20,000 bases of DNA from an uncultured virus (IMG/VR IMGVR_UViG_3300030104_006454) (IMGVR_UViG_3300030104_006454:45947-65946); one strand, 5' to 3'; shown: positions 9,535 through 17,198, counted from the first letter of the stretch. The notes: generated from the letters alone by a model not told the origin. A program made the numbers and translations.

Positions 9535-10230
9535 TTAGTAACTAGCAACTTTAGCATCTACAAGATCTGTTATTCCTAAACCAGGAGCACAGTACTTGCC
9601 TTCCATTAAGTCAATAACTACTTGAACCTTGTGATCTTTATCAGCATTAATACAATCGTTGATACCAGCCATTAAAGCTGTAAACTTACCGTCAGCGTGA
9701 GTTACTGTAAAAGTATCATCATTATCAGTACCTTTTAAAGCGTTGAAATGAAGAACTGTAGTAGTTCCATTTGTTGCAGAACCTCCAATAAATCTATCAG
9801 CAGGGTACACAGAAGCTTGCTCTAAACCAAAGTGATTTGTAGCGAAGTTTACAGTTACAATATCACCAGCTGCTAAAGTATAACCGTTAGCAGTGTCAAT
9901 ATTAGCACCAGAACCAGAACCACTTGCTGGTTCAATTCTTAACTTACTATCTGTAATATCAACAGCATCTCCCAGGTCTAAAGTTGTAACAGTGCCAGCA
10001 CTAACAGCACTGTAATTACTACCAATGTTAGAGTTAGAGCCTGCCGATGTAACAGTTACAGAAACAAATTCAGTATCGCTATCAATATCATCACTACCTA
10101 CACCAGTTATAGTCATAAATGATGTAGCTGAACCTTGATCTATATTTGCCCAGTTACTTACGTTTGTACTAGTTATAGTAAATGATTGTGATAAAGGTCT
10201 TTCTTTTCTAAAATATAATAAATTCGCCAT
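9535..10230 (-). CDS. Paralog family member 3 with inserted beta-rich domain, probably a virion protein
   Basis: NLLYF...SVYPADRFIG...HADGKFTALMAGI matches the two upstream genes; ~120-aa T/S/G/D-rich insertion. Confidence 0.7.
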   Translation of the reverse strand: MANLLYFRKERPLSQSFTITSTNVSNWANIDQGSATSFMTITGVGSDDIDSDTEFVSVTVTSAGSNSNIGSNYSAVSAGTVTTLDLGDAVDITDSKLRIEPASGSGSGANIDTANGYTLAAGDIVTVNFATNHFGLEQASVYPADRFIGGSATNGTTTVLHFNALKGTDNDDTFTVTHADGKFTALMAGINDCINADKDHKVQVVIDLMEGKYCAPGLGITDLVDAKVASY

Positions 10231-10589
10231 TAGTCTTGAGTTGTTATAGTTAATGCAGTAACACCAGATAAACCTGTTGCTGATATTGCACCTTCGTTAG
10301 CTGGTAGATTAGTGTTTAAATCTACAACAACTGTGAAGTTATTCGTGTTATTTCTTGATCCGCTCATTAAAGAAGCTAGTTCATCAGCTAATTCCTTGAA
10401 CTTACCAGCACCGTGAGTAATTAAGCATCCATCTCCTACAGTTTCAGTACCATCTTTTGGCATGAAAAATATTTCAGAAGTAGTGTTTGTTAAAGGCACC
10501 ATTCCTAAAAAGTGACTAGCAGGATATAAAGCCGCATCTCCGGAAGCATCGTTTTGCCCATCATTGGCAAAGTATAAATAGTTTTCCAT
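10230..10589 (-). CDS. Paralog family member 2
   Basis: NYLYF...ALYPASHFLG...HGAGKFKELADEL...VVVDL. Confidence 0.75.
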   Translation of the reverse strand: MENYLYFANDGQNDASGDAALYPASHFLGMVPLTNTTSEIFFMPKDGTETVGDGCLITHGAGKFKELADELASLMSGSRNNTNNFTVVVDLNTNLPANEGAISATGLSGVTALTITTQD

Positions 10590-10601
10590 TTTTTAATTAT
10601 T

Positions 10602-10937
10602 TTAAGAGACAGCCGTTACTTCGGTGATGTCTGGGTGAATAAATTTACCGGTTAACGTGTTTGCAACAACAACGTGTTTACCAGCTTTGTTTGGTCTCAT
10701 AGCGTTTGCTAGTGCTTGACATACTCTTTTAAATCCTAAACCATCATTATCATTGATAGCTAGAACTACTTTGTCAGCGTCTGACGTCCCTTCACTTACT
10801 TGGAAGAAAACCTCAACGTCTGTACCGTCAGTAGTGTCAACACCTAAAAACCTATGTGCAGGAACAACAATAGCATTAGAAGCGTCATCGACAAATTCTA
10901 GCATAGTGCTGTTACCTTTTTTTAAATCTGTTTTCAT
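10602..10937 (-). CDS. Paralog family member 1
   Basis: MLEF...IVVPAHRFLG...VFF...DKVVL...GFKRVCQALA. Confidence 0.7.
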   Translation of the reverse strand: MKTDLKKGNSTMLEFVDDASNAIVVPAHRFLGVDTTDGTDVEVFFQVSEGTSDADKVVLAINDNDGLGFKRVCQALANAMRPNKAGKHVVVANTLTGKFIHPDITEVTAVS

Positions 10938-10999
10938 GTTTTTTACTTTAAATTAATAATTTGTTTTTGTTTTTTAGTTTAAGGTTTTGGGTTTGGGGT

Positions 11000-11260
11000 T
11001 TAGGCATCAATTAATACCACATCGCCTGAGCGAATAACGTGGTATAATGTTTCTTTGTACTGAACTCCGTGTCCAGCATGTTTATCATAATAAACAACAT
11101 CTTTGTCGCTTATTCCTTCTACAAGGTTACCAGTTGATATTACGTTAGCCTTTATATACCTATTGTCCGCATCAACGTCTTCAGTTAATATAAGTCCACC
11201 AACTTTCTTTGGCCCTTGTTTTATTTTTTGTACTATTATATAATTATTGACTGCTTGCAT
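11000..11260 (-). CDS. groES: Co-chaperonin GroES (phage-encoded)
   Basis: 86 aa, mobile-loop KVGGLIL, VISTG, DVVYY, VIRSGDVV; overlaps the groEL 3' end. Confidence 0.85.
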   Translation of the reverse strand: MQAVNNYIIVQKIKQGPKKVGGLILTEDVDADNRYIKANVISTGNLVEGISDKDVVYYDKHAGHGVQYKETLYHVIRSGDVVLIDA

Positions 11261-12812
11261 CGCCTCTCATGTTTGAAATTATACAATCAGCGGATATAAT
11301 AGTAGTTACAACACTTACCGCATTTTTAAGTGCTGACTTAGTAACAAGTACTGGATCTATAATACCGTGTTTAATCATTTCATATGTATTTCCATTTGTT
11401 ACATCTATTCCCTTACCGTTTGTAGGTTCTACCGCTTCAATTATACCAGCATTATCTAATATAGTTTGGTAAGGTGCTTTTATAGCATTAAGTAGTATTT
11501 CTTCACCCCATCCATTTGGCTTTATTTCTTGAGCAGCATTTAACAGTGCAATACCACCGCCTGGCACTATGCCTTCTTTTAAAGCAGCTTTAGTAGCATA
11601 TATTGCATCTTCAACTCTGTCTTTCTTTTCTTTAAGCTCTACCTTAGACGCTGCACCTACACGCACCATACCTACTTTACCTGACAACATTGCAAGACGA
11701 TCTTGTATTTTTTTCTTTAAAAACGGGTTTTTTTCGTTTTTTATAGCTTTTTTAACATTTTCTATGCGTTCTGTAAGATCTTCGCTAATGTCTATAGTAG
11801 TAATTACAGTATTTTTGTCATTTGTAACAGCTTTATCAGCTTTTCCAAGGCAATCAACAGTAATTAAGTCCATATCATCACCTAATTCTTCATTTATTAC
11901 CGTAGCTCCGGTTAAAAATGCTAAATCTTGAACTGTATCTTGCTTAGTTGGGCCAAAACCTGGTAGATCTACAATGTTTACCTTAATATTACCCTTAACT
12001 TTGTTCATCATAAGGGCTGATTTTAGTTGAGTATCAACATGTGCAACAATAAGTAACTCTTTTTTGTTCTTTATAACATGTTCTAGTATCGGTTGTATTT
12101 TACGTATGTTAGGTATTTCACTACCTACAATCAAAACTAGCGGTTCTTCAAGTACACACTCGTGTTTATCAGTATCTGTAACAAAATGTGGTGATGTTAA
12201 ACCACAGTCAAACTGCACACCGTCAACAATATCAACGTAAGTTTCTTCAGTTCCAGAACCTTCCATGAAAACTACACCATCTTTACCTACTTTATTGTAT
12301 GCATCAGCAATAATCATGCCTAAAGTTCGATCATTATTGCAGCTTATACTGCTAATGTCCTCAAGCATGCTGCCTTCAACGTCTATAGCTATATTTGTAA
12401 GGTATGTATTTACTTTTTCAAGTGCTGAGCTTATACCTTGTTTAATAAATCTAGTAGAAAGTTCTGCATACTGCTCTTTTTGTACTTCTTTTATCAGTGC
12501 TTCAGCAAGGACAGTAGCTGTAGTAGTACCGTCACCTGCTTCTTTCACTGTGTTTTTAGCAGCTTCTTTAATAAGTGTAGCGCCGAGGTTTTCAACCGGG
12601 TCATATAAGACTACGGATTCTGCTACCGTTACACCATCTTTTGTTATGACCGGGTTGCCTCTAGCATCTTCGTATATTACACACTTACCAGATGCTCCTA
12701 GAGTAGACTTCACTGCTTTTGCTAATTTGTCTACACCCGTAATTATTTTACTTTTAGCTTTTTCACCAAAGTTTAGCTCTTTGATAAGTTCGCTGGGTTG
12801 GTTATATTCCAT
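11244..12812 (-). CDS. groEL: Chaperonin GroEL (phage-encoded)
   Basis: VITKDGVTVA, AGDGTTTATVLA, PGFG, EKKDRVEDA, EGIVPGGG, GIIDP motifs; no GGM tail. Confidence 0.95.
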   Translation of the reverse strand: MEYNQPSELIKELNFGEKAKSKIITGVDKLAKAVKSTLGASGKCVIYEDARGNPVITKDGVTVAESVVLYDPVENLGATLIKEAAKNTVKEAGDGTTTATVLAEALIKEVQKEQYAELSTRFIKQGISSALEKVNTYLTNIAIDVEGSMLEDISSISCNNDRTLGMIIADAYNKVGKDGVVFMEGSGTEETYVDIVDGVQFDCGLTSPHFVTDTDKHECVLEEPLVLIVGSEIPNIRKIQPILEHVIKNKKELLIVAHVDTQLKSALMMNKVKGNIKVNIVDLPGFGPTKQDTVQDLAFLTGATVINEELGDDMDLITVDCLGKADKAVTNDKNTVITTIDISEDLTERIENVKKAIKNEKNPFLKKKIQDRLAMLSGKVGMVRVGAASKVELKEKKDRVEDAIYATKAALKEGIVPGGGIALLNAAQEIKPNGWGEEILLNAIKAPYQTILDNAGIIEAVEPTNGKGIDVTNGNTYEMIKHGIIDPVLVTKSALKNAVSVVTTIISADCIISNMRGDASSQ

Positions 12813-12838
12813 TTAATTAAATTTAATTTGATTGTATA

Positions 12839-13132
12839 CTATTTGAATGTTTTGATTACCTTAGGACCTTTAGTTGCTTCTAGCTTTTTAGCAAAGTGAT
12901 CGATGCTTCCATCAATTGCAGCTTCAGCTCCTTCTACAGTTTCACGCCTAGTAACATCTGTCCACTCGTTATCTGTATCTGGGTTTAAACATTCAGTTTG
13001 GAAAAATCCATTAGGCAGTTGGGTTATCCTCCAATTAGCTTTATTAGCTAAATGGTTCCACTGTTTAATTTCTTTTTCACTTGGTTTTTGGTTGCTAGTA
13101 TATGTACTAGTCTTGTAATATAAGTATGTCAT
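12839..13132 (-). CDS. Hypothetical phage protein
   Basis: 97 aa, same strand and codon style as neighbours. Confidence 0.75.
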   Translation of the reverse strand: MTYLYYKTSTYTSNQKPSEKEIKQWNHLANKANWRITQLPNGFFQTECLNPDTDNEWTDVTRRETVEGAEAAIDGSIDHFAKKLEATKGPKVIKTFK

Positions 13133-13171
13133 TGGTTTTATTTTGGTTAATACTTGGTATAGGGTGTTTCC

Positions 13172-13435
13172 CTATTTCTTTTTCTTCATCTTTGCAGCTG
13201 ATTTCATTTTCATTTGCATAGCTGAAGCTTTTTTCATCATAGCAACTGATTTTTTCATCATTGCCATAGATTCTTTTTTCATTTTCATAGCTGATTTTTT
13301 CATTGCAGCAGGTGATTTGTCAACAATAGCTTTAAACTTAGGATTATTATCTAGCTTGCCAGCTTTAGAAGCTGCTTTTAAACCTTTATTTAATTTAGCT
13401 GGAGTTTTTTTCATTTTAGCAGGTGCTTTTTTCAT
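13172..13435 (-). CDS. Lys/Met/Ala-rich histone-H1-like protein, copy B
   Basis: Identical start MKKAPAKMKK to copy A and MKKSAM-type repeats, but a different central core (LNKGLKAASKAGKLDNNPKFKAIVD). Confidence 0.75.
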   Translation of the reverse strand: MKKAPAKMKKTPAKLNKGLKAASKAGKLDNNPKFKAIVDKSPAAMKKSAMKMKKESMAMMKKSVAMMKKASAMQMKMKSAAKMKKKK

Positions 13436-13436
13436 T

Positions 13437-13967
13437 TTACGTTTTATTTTTAATATGTTTATACATTGAGTTACCTAATTGTTCGCCCATCTTACTGTCT
13501 GACTTATAGTGAGCACGGGCAACTCTACGACTATAAGATATGTTTTCTCCTGTTTTAGCAAAAGCTGATTTTGCTTTAAGATATTTATCACCTAACACCT
13601 TTGCTATTAATATACCTTGAACAGAATGTCCAGAAGGATATGATGGCGTCTTCATTGAAGCCATTTCGTAGTTAGGTAAATTTTTATCTAAATCTTTAGG
13701 TCTTGGTCTATTGTGATACTTCTTTAGTTTTAGTATTACAGGTGCAGACTCTTTTATTAACTTTGCTGCAACACTTTTATCGTAATTTTTTATATTATTA
13801 TCTTTTGCGGTTTTTGCAAACGCAGATTCTATATTGTCAAACTTCTTTACAAAGTCTTTTTTTAAAGGTATTTTTTTAAGCTCGTTTATTTCTGTACGAG
13901 TAGTGTAACCACTATTAGCTGGTGGCTTCATTTTTTTAAACGGTCCTATGTCAAAATCTTTAAACAT
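13437..13967 (-). CDS. PAP2 / acid phosphatase-vanadium haloperoxidase superfamily protein, copy B
   Basis: KKYHNRPRP, YPSGHS, SRRVARAHYKSD; aligns without gaps to copy A. Confidence 0.85.
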   Translation of the reverse strand: MFKDFDIGPFKKMKPPANSGYTTRTEINELKKIPLKKDFVKKFDNIESAFAKTAKDNNIKNYDKSVAAKLIKESAPVILKLKKYHNRPRPKDLDKNLPNYEMASMKTPSYPSGHSVQGILIAKVLGDKYLKAKSAFAKTGENISYSRRVARAHYKSDSKMGEQLGNSMYKHIKNKT

Positions 13968-14299
13968 TATCTTGGACCTACACCAGGTGCTTTAAAAAAG
14001 TTTTTAATAGATTCCATGTAATTACTAGCAGTCTCAAAAACAGGTTTCATACCAAACATAGATCTAGTTCTATTACTTTGTTCTGGGCTCATGCCAAAAG
14101 GTTTTGAAAGCCTCTCTCTTTGTTTTTCGTATTCTGCTCTTTTTTGGTCTAAACTCTTTGTTAACTCTTTATCGTCATGCTTAACTGGAGATTCATCACC
14201 AAACCCACTAAAACCTTTCATTAGAAATGGCCCTTTACCTTTTGGCACAAACTTGCCTCCAATCTTATTATACATAGTTTTTTTTGACCTTTTTTTCAT
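13967..14299 (-). CDS. Basic hypothetical protein
   Basis: 110 aa, contains KGPFLMKGFSGFGDESPVK; TAATG-coupled to PAP2 copy B. Confidence 0.7.
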   Translation of the reverse strand: MKKRSKKTMYNKIGGKFVPKGKGPFLMKGFSGFGDESPVKHDDKELTKSLDQKRAEYEKQRERLSKPFGMSPEQSNRTRSMFGMKPVFETASNYMESIKNFFKAPGVGPR

Positions 14300-14310
14300 G
14301 TCTTTTATTT

Positions 14311-14583
14311 TTATATTTTATACTTCTTTTTACCTTCTTGTCGTGTCCCTTTACCACCATTACCCCTATTTGCTCTAATTGACTTAAATTTACTGTCTTT
14401 ATGATCGTAATCTTTACCAGCTATATTCTTACCTTCTTTAATAGCTTTTCTACGTTTTACTTGATTATCTGCTTTCTTAGCTTTTCTACCTTCAGTCATA
14501 GCCATAGCTTTATCTCTAATAGCTTTTCTTTTTGCAGCAGATGCAGACAGTTTTTGTTTAGTTACTTTAATAGGTGAATTCAT
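14311..14583 (-). CDS. Small basic protein with degenerate HNH-like segment
   Basis: GKDYDHK...SIRANRG resembles a shortened phage HNH motif; first gene of the minus-strand block. Confidence 0.55.
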   Translation of the reverse strand: MNSPIKVTKQKLSASAAKRKAIRDKAMAMTEGRKAKKADNQVKRRKAIKEGKNIAGKDYDHKDSKFKSIRANRGNGGKGTRQEGKKKYKI

Positions 14584-14865
14584 AATCTTATTATTACATA
14601 GTTAATAGCAAATTTAAAATGTGGACAATAGGGTGTTACTAGATAACTATAATAGGCTAATGTCCTAAAAAAATGACATTACAAATATTGGGGTGTAGTG
14701 TTGCCCCACTATACTCGTTTTTGTTTTGTAAAATAAAAGTCAAATTGTTAAAGCGGGCCCCCCTCGTTGTTTTGCGTTTATACGATTTTTTTTTACATTT
14801 TATATTTTATTTTTTTTTTACTAAATATTTCGCATTTTATTTTTTACATATTATATTTACATTTT
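14584..14865. other. Divergent intergenic control region / strand switch
   Basis: Gene orientation flips here. Contains inverted repeat TAATGTC-N10-GACATTA (14658-14681), GC patches (14690-14714, 14754-14767) and a T-rich tract. Confidence 0.7.
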
Positions 14866-14899
14866 TACAAACTAAATACGACTACATATGGATAATATA
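14866..14899 (+). promoter_or_regulatory. Conserved bipartite motif copy 1 (putative early promoter)
   Basis: TACAAACTAAATACGA-ctacatat-GGATAATATA. Confidence 0.75.
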
Positions 14900-14992
14900 A
14901 TTGTAAAAAGAAATTAATAAAATGAATTACACTAACACACTTCGCGCAATACATACACACTAAAAATAATAACTAAATAATAATATTACTTT

Positions 14993-15026
14993 TACAATGT
15001 AAATACGAGACAATGTGGATAATATA
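14993..15026 (+). promoter_or_regulatory. Motif copy 2
   Basis: TACAATGTAAATACGA-gacaatgt-GGATAATATA. Confidence 0.75.
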
Positions 15027-15063
15027 AATACAAAAACAAAGTTAAACTAAATAAATAAAAATT

Positions 15064-15285
15064 ATGAAATTAAATTCTAAAAGATTTGTAATCAGAAAAT
15101 CACTAATCGGTAAAAATGCAGTAATAACAGTAAACTTCACAAATGGCAAAACTGCCACTTATAATCACGACAAAGTGTTTGAAGTAATGAAAGATAAACT
15201 AGAACAAATGCCATGTTTTATCAAGTACAAAAGCTATACTGCTTCTAACAATGTGCCACTCGTTGCAAGAGAAATCTGCGAGTAG
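15064..15285 (+). CDS. Hypothetical early protein
   Basis: 73 aa behind motif copy 2, A-rich leader. Confidence 0.8.
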   Translation: MKLNSKRFVIRKSLIGKNAVITVNFTNGKTATYNHDKVFEVMKDKLEQMPCFIKYKSYTASNNVPLVAREICE

Positions 15286-15339
15286 TAATACAAAGTCGAG
15301 TTAGTTCCACTTGTTCCCTCGTATAATCAAATATGAATG

Positions 15340-15388
15340 AGTAATGTAGTCATGGTGCCGAGGTGGGTTCGATTCCCACGCTATAACT
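15340..15388 (+). ncRNA. tRNA-like element (T-arm plus acceptor-like stem, no D or anticodon arm)
   Basis: GTGGG-TTCGATT-CCCAC (15363-15379); TGTAGT (15345-50) can pair with GCTATA (15380-85) using G-U pairs. Confidence 0.45.
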
Positions 15389-15400
15389 AAAATAATTAAT

Positions 15401-15592
15401 ATGAATAAAGTAAAACAACATATAAATAACGCAAAGCGTTTTAGACAAGAAAACTATAAACCACTAATTGAGTACATCAATTGGAGTGAAATCACTAAAG
15501 ATTATAACTTAAAAACAGGCGATTTAAACTACACTGATTACAACAAATTAGAATTAATATTAGATAATTTTGTTAAAAGTAATACAAAATAA
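15401..15592 (+). CDS. Hypothetical early protein
   Basis: 63 aa; stop codon lies within motif copy 3. Confidence 0.7.
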   Translation: MNKVKQHINNAKRFRQENYKPLIEYINWSEITKDYNLKTGDLNYTDYNKLELILDNFVKSNTK

Positions 15593-15616
15593 ACACGAAC
15601 ACTAATGGATAATATA
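15583..15616 (+). promoter_or_regulatory. Motif copy 3
   Basis: TACAAAATAAACACGA-acactaat-GGATAATATA. Confidence 0.75.
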
Positions 15617-15629
15617 ATAAATTAAACAA

Positions 15630-15782
15630 ATGATATACGAGCACGAAATAACTTTTAACGATCACTCAATACAATACTTAACTTCAACAACTAATTATCT
15701 AAATGACGAAGATAAAGAGTTTCTCGAAGCGCTCGATGTCGACTTGTCAACAATTAAATTAATAAATACTTATAAATTATGA
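15630..15782 (+). CDS. Small acidic hypothetical protein (50 aa)
   Basis: Not in track. MIYEHEITFNDHSIQYLTSTTNYLNDEDKEFLEALDVDLSTIKLINTYKL; starts 13 nt after motif copy 3. Confidence 0.65.
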   Translation: MIYEHEITFNDHSIQYLTSTTNYLNDEDKEFLEALDVDLSTIKLINTYKL

Positions 15783-15904
15783 TAATAAGAAAAGTAGCAG
15801 GATTATGGATAGTGCAACGTCAGCACTCACAGCAAATAGTATTTTCACACAAAAGCAGAATGACGTGTTATGAGTGGATATTTAAATCAGTACACTATGC
15901 ATAA
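15779..15904 (+). CDS. Small hypothetical protein (41 aa)
   Basis: MIIRKVAGLWIVQRQHSQQIVFSHKSRMTCYEWIFKSVHYA; ATGA overlap with the upstream ORF. Confidence 0.55.
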   Translation: MIIRKVAGLWIVQRQHSQQIVFSHKSRMTCYEWIFKSVHYA

Positions 15905-15989
15905 AGTAGCAAAAATACTACTAGATATAGTAGCAATAGGATGGTTAGTATTTGTAATTGTAGCAATAGTAACAATAATTACAAACTAA
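15897..15989 (+). CDS. Single-pass membrane micropeptide (30 aa)
   Basis: MHKVAKILLDIVAIGWLVFVIVAIVTIITN; stop lies within motif copy 4. Confidence 0.55.
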   Translation: MHKVAKILLDIVAIGWLVFVIVAIVTIITN

Positions 15990-16013
15990 ATACGAATTAA
16001 GTCGGATAATATA
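15980..16013 (+). promoter_or_regulatory. Motif copy 4
   Basis: TACAAACTAAATACGA-attaagtc-GGATAATATA. Confidence 0.75.
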
Positions 16014-16020
16014 TATAAAT

Positions 16021-16212
16021 ATGAATATGAAAACAAACATAAACACTTTAAACTACAACGAAAAAACTAAAACACTAATTTTAAACAAAATAAAATACAA
16101 AGGCTATGAAATTTGCGAACTACCTGCAAACTTTGGTTGTATTGAATTTAACGAAAAACCAGGAATTAGTGAATGGATTAACTACAAAGGTCTAACATTT
16201 ATACAAGAATAA
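16021..16212 (+). CDS. Hypothetical early protein
   Basis: 63 aa directly behind motif copy 4. Confidence 0.7.
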   Translation: MNMKTNINTLNYNEKTKTLILNKIKYKGYEICELPANFGCIEFNEKPGISEWINYKGLTFIQE

Positions 16213-16214
16213 TT

Positions 16215-16475
16215 ATGAAAAAAAACAAGTATAAACTAACAATTACAGAAGCACACAGTGATCTACTCAAAGTAGAAATGACAGACAAGTATTGTAACTA
16301 CTGCTGTGTATACGAACCAAGTATTGAAGACGCACTAGCGTATGCAGGTTACTGGTTTGCTGAAACTGAAGCAAGACGCGAGTCAAATCAAACTCACGCA
16401 AAAGCAGTAATGGAAATGAATAAACTAGATAAAGAAGCTGGTATACTAACTGGCAACTATGATGGATTAGATTAA
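16215..16475 (+). CDS. Hypothetical early protein
   Basis: 86 aa, operon spacing. Confidence 0.75.
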   Translation: MKKNKYKLTITEAHSDLLKVEMTDKYCNYCCVYEPSIEDALAYAGYWFAETEARRESNQTHAKAVMEMNKLDKEAGILTGNYDGLD

Positions 16476-16485
16476 AATAATAAAT

Positions 16486-17061
16486 ATGAAAGAAAATAAT
16501 AAATGGAAGTATCAAGGCGATAGCAGGTACGAGAAAATATATGAGAAAATGCAACTACTTGGTATACAAGACGTTACCACAGATAGGCAACACAAGAATG
16601 GTACAATAGTTTGGCGATTACCAATCAAAAATAATTGGCCAAGACAAAACGCTAGTTTCATTGAAGTAGCTAGTATGAAAACAGGTTATGTACGTAATCA
16701 GAATAGTGGTTATAGTAACTATCAACTCAATAAAAGATGTGAAAACGAGCCGGAGTATTTTAAACTACCTAATGGTGATTATAGAAAATTTACAACTCGT
16801 GGTTGTGTACTAATACCAATAGAAATTGATAGATTAGAGTATTTAATAAAGTATTGTGTTAAAAACTATTACATTAAAAATGCTAATCAAGTGCCAAATG
16901 GCGAGTTCTATCCAAAGTGGATGTATGATAATGCTAAAGAAAATGCAGACTTTCATGAGAAAAGATCTGATGAGTACATGAATAAGTTTGCTAATGTAGC
17001 ACCTGATGGTACAAAAGAAGTAACATTAATAATAGATGGCCATAAATATAAAGTAATATGA
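16486..17061 (+). CDS. Hypothetical protein
   Basis: 191 aa, no recognised motif. Confidence 0.8.
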   Translation: MKENNKWKYQGDSRYEKIYEKMQLLGIQDVTTDRQHKNGTIVWRLPIKNNWPRQNASFIEVASMKTGYVRNQNSGYSNYQLNKRCENEPEYFKLPNGDYRKFTTRGCVLIPIEIDRLEYLIKYCVKNYYIKNANQVPNGEFYPKWMYDNAKENADFHEKRSDEYMNKFANVAPDGTKEVTLIIDGHKYKVI

Positions 17062-17198
17062 GTAAGAAAAGAAAACTAAACAGCAAGAATCCAAAGTATA
17101 TGGACAAAAGCCTAGTAACCGAAAAGAAGGTTATAAGAAAAGAATTAATTAATAATGTAAAAGGCGTTAAAATAAACGCAGTATGGTATGAAAAATAA
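17058..17198 (+). CDS. Small basic hypothetical protein (46 aa)
   Basis: Not in track. MSKKRKLNSKNPKYMDKSLVTEKKVIRKELINNVKGVKINAVWYEK; ATGA overlap fills the gap exactly. Confidence 0.7.
   Translation: MSKKRKLNSKNPKYMDKSLVTEKKVIRKELINNVKGVKINAVWYEK

Noticed and set aside
11000..12812. Bacterial chromosomal groESL operon (host contamination)
   Set aside because: Divergent sequence, reversed order, no GGM tail, and embedded among phage genes with the same strand and codon style.
69..14378. Plus-strand ORFs in the left block (e.g. 69-428, 5075-5380, 11569-11931, 12265-12816, 13143-13469)
   Set aside because: Antisense shadows of well-supported minus-strand genes.
14673..14900. 75-aa Phe-rich ORF in the strand-switch region
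   Set aside because: Translation of a T-rich low-complexity tract that overlaps motif copy 1.
15297..15390. Complete functional tRNA gene
   Set aside because: No D-arm, anticodon arm or correctly spaced 5' acceptor strand could be built.
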